DNA from: Nemertoderma westbladi
Lineage: Eukaryota > Animalia > Xenacoelomorpha
Length of the DNA stretch: 64,000 bases
Assembly (NCBI GenBank): GCA_032718475.1
Contig: JAUCBJ010007869.1
Coordinates: 10,243-74,242 of the forward strand
Reading direction: 5' to 3'
Shown here: piece after piece, positions 57,501-64,000 of the stretch
How the letters are laid out: each line of letters opens with the position of its first letter
How positions within the stretch are numbered: the stretch's first letter is position 1
Program-made: the position numbers and the translations under genes
The notes under the pieces: model-generated
Database searches by the model: none
Told to the model about the DNA's origin: nothing
The model's input: the letters and a program-made list of their open reading frames with translations, nothing else

Positions 57501-60500
57501 TGGAATCCTGCACGCTCACACCGTTATATCTGTAAAGGTAAATAGTGGGTGGAGATTCCTTTAATACTAGTTATACAAACTGGAATCCTGCACGCTCACA
57601 CCGTTATATCTGTAAAGGTAAATAGTGGGTGGAGATTCCTTTAATACTAGTTATACAAACTGGAATCCTGCACGCTCACACCGTTATATCTGTAAAGGTA
57701 AATAGTGGGTGGAGATTCCTTTAATACTAGTTATACAAACTGGAATCCTGCACGCTCACACCGTTATATCTGTAAAGGATAATAGTGGGTGGAGATTCCT
57801 TTAATACTAGTTATACAAACTGGAATCCTGCACGCTCACACCGTTATATCTGTAAAGGTAAATAGTGGGTGGAGATTCCTTTAATACTAGTTATACAAAC
57901 TGGAATCCTGCACGCTCACACCGTTATATCTGTAAAGGTAAATAGTGGGTGGAGATTCCTTTAATACTAGTTATACAAACTGGAATCCTGCACGCTCACA
58001 CCGTTATATCTGTAAAGGTAAATAGTGGGTGGAGATTCCTTTAATACTAGTTATACAAACTGGAATCCTGCACGCTCACACCGTTATATCTGTAAAGGTA
58101 AATAGTGGGTGGAGATTCCTTTAATACTAGTTATACAAACTGGAATCCTGCACGCTCACACCGTTATATCTGTAAAGGTAAATAGTGGGTGGAGATTCCT
58201 TTAATACTAGTTATACAAACTGGAATCCTGCACGCTCACACCGTTATATCTGTAAAGGTAAATAGTGGGTGGAGATTCCTTTAATACTAGTTATACAAAC
58301 TGGAATCCTGCACGCTCACACCGTTATATCTGTAAAGGTAAATAGTGGGTGGAGATTCCTTTAATACTAGTTATACAAACTGGAATCCTGCACGCTCACA
58401 CCGTTATATCTGTAAAGGTAAATAGTGGGTGGAGATTCCTTTAATACTAGTTATACAAACTGGAATCCTGCACGCTCACACCGTTATATCTGTAAAGGTA
58501 AATAGTGGGTGGAGATTCCTTTAATACTAGTTATACAAACTGGAATCCTGCACGCTCACAGCGTTATATCTGTAAAGGTAAATAGTGGGTGGAGATTCCT
58601 TTAATACTAGTTATACAAACTGGAATCCTGCACGCTCACAGCGTTATATCTGTAAAGGTAAATAGTGGGTGGAGATTCCTTTAATACTAGTTATACAAAC
58701 TGGAATCCTGCACGCTCACACCGTTATATCTGTAAAGGTAAATAGTGGGTGGAGATTCCTTTAATACTAGTTATACAAACTGGAATCCTGCACGCTCACA
58801 CCGTTATATCTGTAAAGGTAAATAGTGGGTGGAGATTCCTTTAATACTAGTTATACAAACTGGAATCCTGCACGCTCACACCGTTATATCTGTAAAGGTA
58901 AATAGTGGGTGGAGATTCCTTTAATACTAGTTATACAAACTGGAATCCTGCACGCTCACACCGTTATATCTGTAAAGGTAAATAGTGGGTGGAGATTCCT
59001 TTAATACTAGTTATACAAACTGGAATCCTGCACGCTCACACCGTTATATCTGTAAAGGTAAATAGTGGGTGGAGATTCCTTTAATACTAGTTATACAAAC
59101 TGGAATCCTGCACGCTCACACCGTTATATCTGTAAAGGTAAATAGTGGGTGGAGATTCCTTTAATACTAGTTATACAAACTGGAATCCTGCACGCTCACA
59201 GCGTTATATCTGTAAAGGTAAATAGTGGGTGGAGATTCCTTTAATACTAGTTATACAAACTGGAATCCTGCACGCTCACACCGTTATATCTGTAAAGGTA
59301 AATAGTGGGTGGAGATTCCTTTAATACTAGTTATACAAACTGGAATCCTGCACGCTCACACCGTTATATCTGTAAAGGTAAATAGTGGGTGGAGATTCCT
59401 TTAATACTAGTTATACAAACTGGAATCCTGCACGCTCACACCGTTATATCTGTAAAGGATAATAGTGGGTGGAGATTCCTTTAATACTAGTTATACAAAC
59501 TGGAATCCTGCACGCTCACAGCGTTATATCTGTAAAGGTAAATAGTGGGTGGAGATTCCTTTAATACTAGTTATACAAACTGGAATCCTGCACGCTCACA
59601 GCGTTATATCTGTAAAGGTAAATAGTGGGTGGAGATTCCTTTAATACTAGTTATACAAACTGGAATCCTGCACGCTCACACCGTTATATCTGTAAAGGTA
59701 AATAGTGGGTGGAGATTCCTTTAATACTAGTTATACAAACTGGAATCCTGCACGCTCACACCGTTATATCTGTAAAGGTATAATAGTGGGTGGAGATTCC
59801 TTTAATACTAGTTATACAAACTGGAATCCTGCACGCTCGCAGCGTTATATCTGTAAAGGTAAATACTGGGTGGAGATTCCTTTAATACTAGTTATACAAA
59901 CTGGAATCCTGCACGCTGACAGCGTTATATCTGTAAAGGTAAATAGTGGGTGGAGATTCCTTTAATACTAGTTATACAAACTGGAATCCTGCACGCTGAC
60001 AGCGTTATATCTGTAAAGGTAAATAGTGGGTGGAGATTCCTTTAATACTAGTTATACAAACTGGAATCCTGCACGCTCACACCGTTATATCTGTAAAGGT
60101 AAATAGTGGGTGGAGATTCCTTTAATACTAGTTATACAAACTGGAATCCTGCACGCTCACACCGTTATATCTGTAAAGGTAAATAGTGGGTGGAGATTCC
60201 TTTAATACTAGTTGTACAAACTGGAATCCTGCACGCTCACACCGTTATATCTGTAAAGGTAAATAGTGGATGGAGATTCCTTTAATACTAGTTATACAAA
60301 CTGGAATCCTGCACGCTCACACCGTTATATCTGTAAAGGTAAATAGTGGGTGGAGATTCCTTTAATACTAGTTATACAAACTGGAATCCTGCACGCTCAC
60401 ACCGTTATATCTGTAAAGGTAAATAGTGGGTGGAGATTCCTTTAATACTAGTTATACAAACTGGAATCCTGCACGCTCACAGCGTTATATCTGTAAAGGT

Positions 60501-61241
60501 AAATAGTGGGTGGAGATTCCTTTAATACTAGTTATACAAACTGGAATCCTGCACGCTCACACCGTTATATCTGTAAAGGTAAATAGTGGGTGGAGATTCC
60601 TTTAATACTAGTTATACAAACTGGAATCCTGCACGCTCACACCGTTATATCTGTAAAGGTAAATAGTGGGTGGAGATTCCTTTAATACTAGTTATACAAA
60701 CTGGAATCCTGCACGCTCACACCGTTATATCTGTAAAGGTAAATAGTGGGTGGAGATTCCTTTAATACTAGTTATACAAACTGGAATCCTGCACGCTCAC
60801 ACCGTTATATCTGTAAAGGTAAATAGTGGGTGGAGATTCCTTTAATACTAGTTATACAAACTGGAATCCTGCACGCTCACACCGTTATATCTGTAAAGGT
60901 AAATAGTGGGTGGAGATTCCTTTAATACTAGTTATACAAACTGGAATCCTGCACGCTCACACCGTTATATCTGTAAAGGTAAATAGTGGGTGGAGATTCC
61001 TTTAATACTAGTTATACAAACTGGAATCCTGCACGCTCACACCGTTATATCTGTAAAGGATAATAGTGGGTGGAGATTCCTTTAATACTAGTTATACAAA
61101 CTGGAATCCTGCACGCTCACAGCGTTATATCTGTAAAGGTAAATAGTGGGTGGAGATTCCTTTAATAATAGTTATACAAACTGGAATCCTGCACGCTCAC
61201 ACAGTTATATCTGTAAAGGTAAATAGTGGGTGGAGATTCCT
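45500..61241 (-). repeat. 80-bp satellite, ~197 copies: intron 3' end + CAG acceptor + first ~28 nt of the filamin exon
   Basis: Minus unit ...ctatttacctttacag|ATATAACGGTGTGAGCGTGCAGGATTCC... Acceptors run from 45528 to 61211. Confidence 0.97.
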
Positions 61242-61310
61242 TATACAAACTACATAGTTTGTGGAATAAACGGAATAGATATACATAGAGTTGTTAGGGC
61301 TACTTATAAC

Positions 61311-63098
61311 CGCTTACCTAATAAACAGATCGTGTCTCCCCAGTTCTGTTGGCGTATATTTCGCTTACCTAATAAACAGATCGTGTCTCCCCAGTTCTGT
61401 TGGCGTATATTCCGCTTACCTAATAAACAGATCGTGTCTCCCCAGTTCTGTTGGCGTATATTTCGCTTACCTAATAAACAGATCGTGTCTCCCCAGTTCT
61501 GTTGGCGTATATTTCGCTTACCTAATAAACAGATCGTGTCTCCCCAGTTCTGTTGGCGTATATTTCGCTTACCTAATAAACAGAACGTGTCTCCCCAGTT
61601 CTGTTGGCGTATATTTCACTTACCTAATAAACAGATCGTGTCTCCCCAGTTCTGTTGGCGTATATTTCACTTACCTAATAAACAGATCGTGTCTCCCCAG
61701 TTCTGTTGGCGTATATTTCACTTACCTAATAAACAGATCGTGTCTCCCCAGTTCTGTTGGCGTATATTTCGCTTACCTAATAAACAGATCGTGTCTCCCC
61801 AGTTCTGTTGGCGTATATTTCGCTTACCTAATAAACAGATCGTGTCTCCCCAGTTCTGTTGGCGTATATTTCGCTTACCTAATAAACAGATCGTGTCTCC
61901 CCAGTTCTGTTGGCGTATATTTCGCTTACCTAATAAACAGATCGTGTCTCCCCAGTTCTGTTGGCGTATATTTCACTTACCTAATAAACAGATCGTGTCT
62001 CCCCAGTTCTGTTGGCGTATATTTCGCTTACCTAATAAACAGATCGTGTCTCCCCAGTTCTGTTGGCGTATATTTCGCTTACCTAATAAACAGATCGTGT
62101 CTCCCCAGTTCTGTTGGCGTATATTTCACTTACCTAATAAACAGATCGTGTCTCCCCAGTTCTGTTGGCGTATATTTCACTTACCTAATAAACAGATCGT
62201 GTCTCCCCAGTTCTGTTGGCGTATATTTCACTTACCTAATAAACAGATCGTGTCTCCCCAGTTCTGTTGGCGTATATTTCGCTTACCTAATAAACAGATC
62301 GTGTCTCCCCAGTTCTGTTGGCGTATATTTCGCTTACCTAATAAACAGATCGTGTCTCCCCAGTTCTGTTGGCGTATATTTCGCTTACCTAATAAACAGA
62401 TCGTGTCTCCCCAGTTCTGTTGGCGTATATTTCGCTTACCTAATAAACAGATCGTGTCTCCCCAGTTCTGTTGGTGTATATTTCGCTTACCTAATAAACA
62501 GATCGTGTCTCCCCAGTTCTGTTGGCGTATATTTCACTTACCTAATAAACAGATCGTGTCTCCCCAGTTCTGTTGGCGTATATTCCGCTTACCTAATAAA
62601 CAGATCGTGTTTCCCCAGTTCTGTTGGCGTATATTTCGCTTACCTAATAAACAGATCGTGTCTCCCCAGTTCTGTTGGCGTATATTTCGCTTACCTAATA
62701 AACAGATCGTGTCTCCCCAGTTCTGTTGGCATATATTTCGCTTACCTAATAAACAGATCGTGTCTCCCCAGTTCTGTTGGCGTATATTCCGCTTACCTAA
62801 TAAACAGATCGTGTCTCCCCAGTTCTGTTGGCGTATATTCCGCTTACCTAATAAACAGATCGTGTCTCCCCAGTTCTGTTGGCGTATATTCCGCTTACCT
62901 AATAAACAGATCGTGTCTCCCCAGTTCTGTTGGCGTATATTCCGCTTACCTAATAAACAGATCGTGTCTCCCCAGTTCTGTTGGCGTATATTTCGCTTAC
63001 CTAATAAACAGATCGTGTCTCCCCAGTTCTGTTGGCGTATATTCCGCTTACCTAATAAACAGATCGTGTCTCCCCAGTTCTGTTGGCGTATATTTCAC
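61311..63098 (-). repeat. 51-bp tandem repeat, 35 copies: last ~45 nt of filamin exon + GTAAG donor
   Basis: Minus unit GAAATATACGCCAACAGAACTGGGGAGACACGATCTGTTTATTAG|gtaagc. cttac runs from 61313 to 63047 (34 x 51). Confidence 0.97.
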
Positions 63099-63169
63099 CG
63101 TTATTGTTCCCTCAACATTTTCAATAATATTTGGAATTCCGATTTTGCCAGAGGGCATTCGAACTTCAC
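63052..63169 (-). CDS. FLN: Filamin exon (118 bp): [40 protein letters not shown]
   Basis: Acceptor gttatag and donor gtaagc; phase 1-2. Matches recalled filamin repeat 16 ([40 protein letters not shown]). Confidence 0.95.
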
Positions 63170-63380
63170 CTATAACATGCAAATATTCCAATCTAAGCAT
63201 TTCTAATTAATGTATTATTTTTAAAATTTCTTACTATTATAAACTGTAAAGAAGTAATATGGACATTACAGCTCCAGATAGTCTCAACCTGAAACTATAG
63301 AGATTGCCTGTGTTACGTAAAAAAATTAATTTAGGCCAATTAGTTATATAATACGCATACAGTATGTGTAAGTGACTTAC

Positions 63381-63663
63381 CGGTAGCTCTACTGGGTCCC
63401 AGACTGCCGGGCTCACAAGGAATCGTTAGGTCAACCGGCCGCGCCTGCCCTGGGGACCCCGGGTACGTCTGGGGAGTGAACAACTCAGCCGCTGGGCGCG
63501 GAGACATAAAGTCCGGCGCCCCAGGGGACGGGAATCCGCCGCTAGGGGGACCCGCTTGCTGCTCCCGCTGGGGGGAGTGTTGCTGGAACATGTCGTCTTC
63601 GTCGACAGGACGATGACCGAATGGGCGTTGACCCTGGGGGGTTGGCTTGTCTTTCCCTTGAAC
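63381..63663 (-). CDS. FLN: Filamin exon (283 bp): Pro/Gln-rich hinge 1 plus start of repeat 16 (RPVDLTIP...ATG)
   Basis: Acceptor ttaacag, donor gtaagt, open phase 0-1; joins in frame to GEVRMPSG. Confidence 0.85.
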
Positions 63664-64000
63664 CTGTTAATGTAAATTAAGAAAGTTAATAGTGTTCCGC
63701 GCAGCATGTGAGTCTCAATGTAAGCAAAGCGAATAAAATCCAATTGATTTAAAAGATCAATCCGTATTCGATTTAACAAGCTACAGGTAGATCCTCTGGC
63801 GTACCCATATTAAAAATTATATGTATATGTATATGTATATATATGCATTACCTTTAGTCGCTCTCATTATCTATAAATCCCTATCTATTCTCCTTCTACA
63901 GTAGACTTGCTATATAAACTCCAAGTGGGCATCTTTATGTACAATATTAATAATAATAGCAAATGAAACACAACATAACTTATTAAGGAAACCCACAACT

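Noticed and set aside
45500-63098. CRISPR array
   Set aside because: Units are contiguous with no unique spacers, there are no cas genes, and the context is a eukaryotic intron.
61230-63210. 658-aa and 639-aa plus-strand ORFs
   Set aside because: Artefacts of a stop-free 51-bp repeat, antisense to the filamin exon-end sequence.

Overview
AT-rich metazoan (probably marine invertebrate) genomic DNA, not prokaryotic. The right third holds four minus-strand filamin exons (hinge 1 to Ig repeats ~16-17). One 17.5-kb intron is almost entirely built from tandem copies of its own splice junctions: 35 x 51-bp exon-end+donor units and ~197 x 80-bp acceptor+exon-start units. The next intron begins with 6 x 61-bp donor units. 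Use of any extra splice site gives an in-frame stop. The left two-thirds contain an intact intronless eIF4G (probable retrogene) and three intronless orphan ORFs with basic N-termini and C-terminal TM helices, two of them inverted paralogs. They also contain deeply nested transposons. These include a degraded piggyBac carrying a Mutator-like element, which in turn carries an apparently intact LINE. In that LINE, ORF1 and ORF2 are in frame and separated only by a UGA-CAA-UCA readthrough-type stop. Further degraded LINEs, MITEs and minisatellites are present. All calls come from reading the sequence and recalled family motifs; no searches were run.
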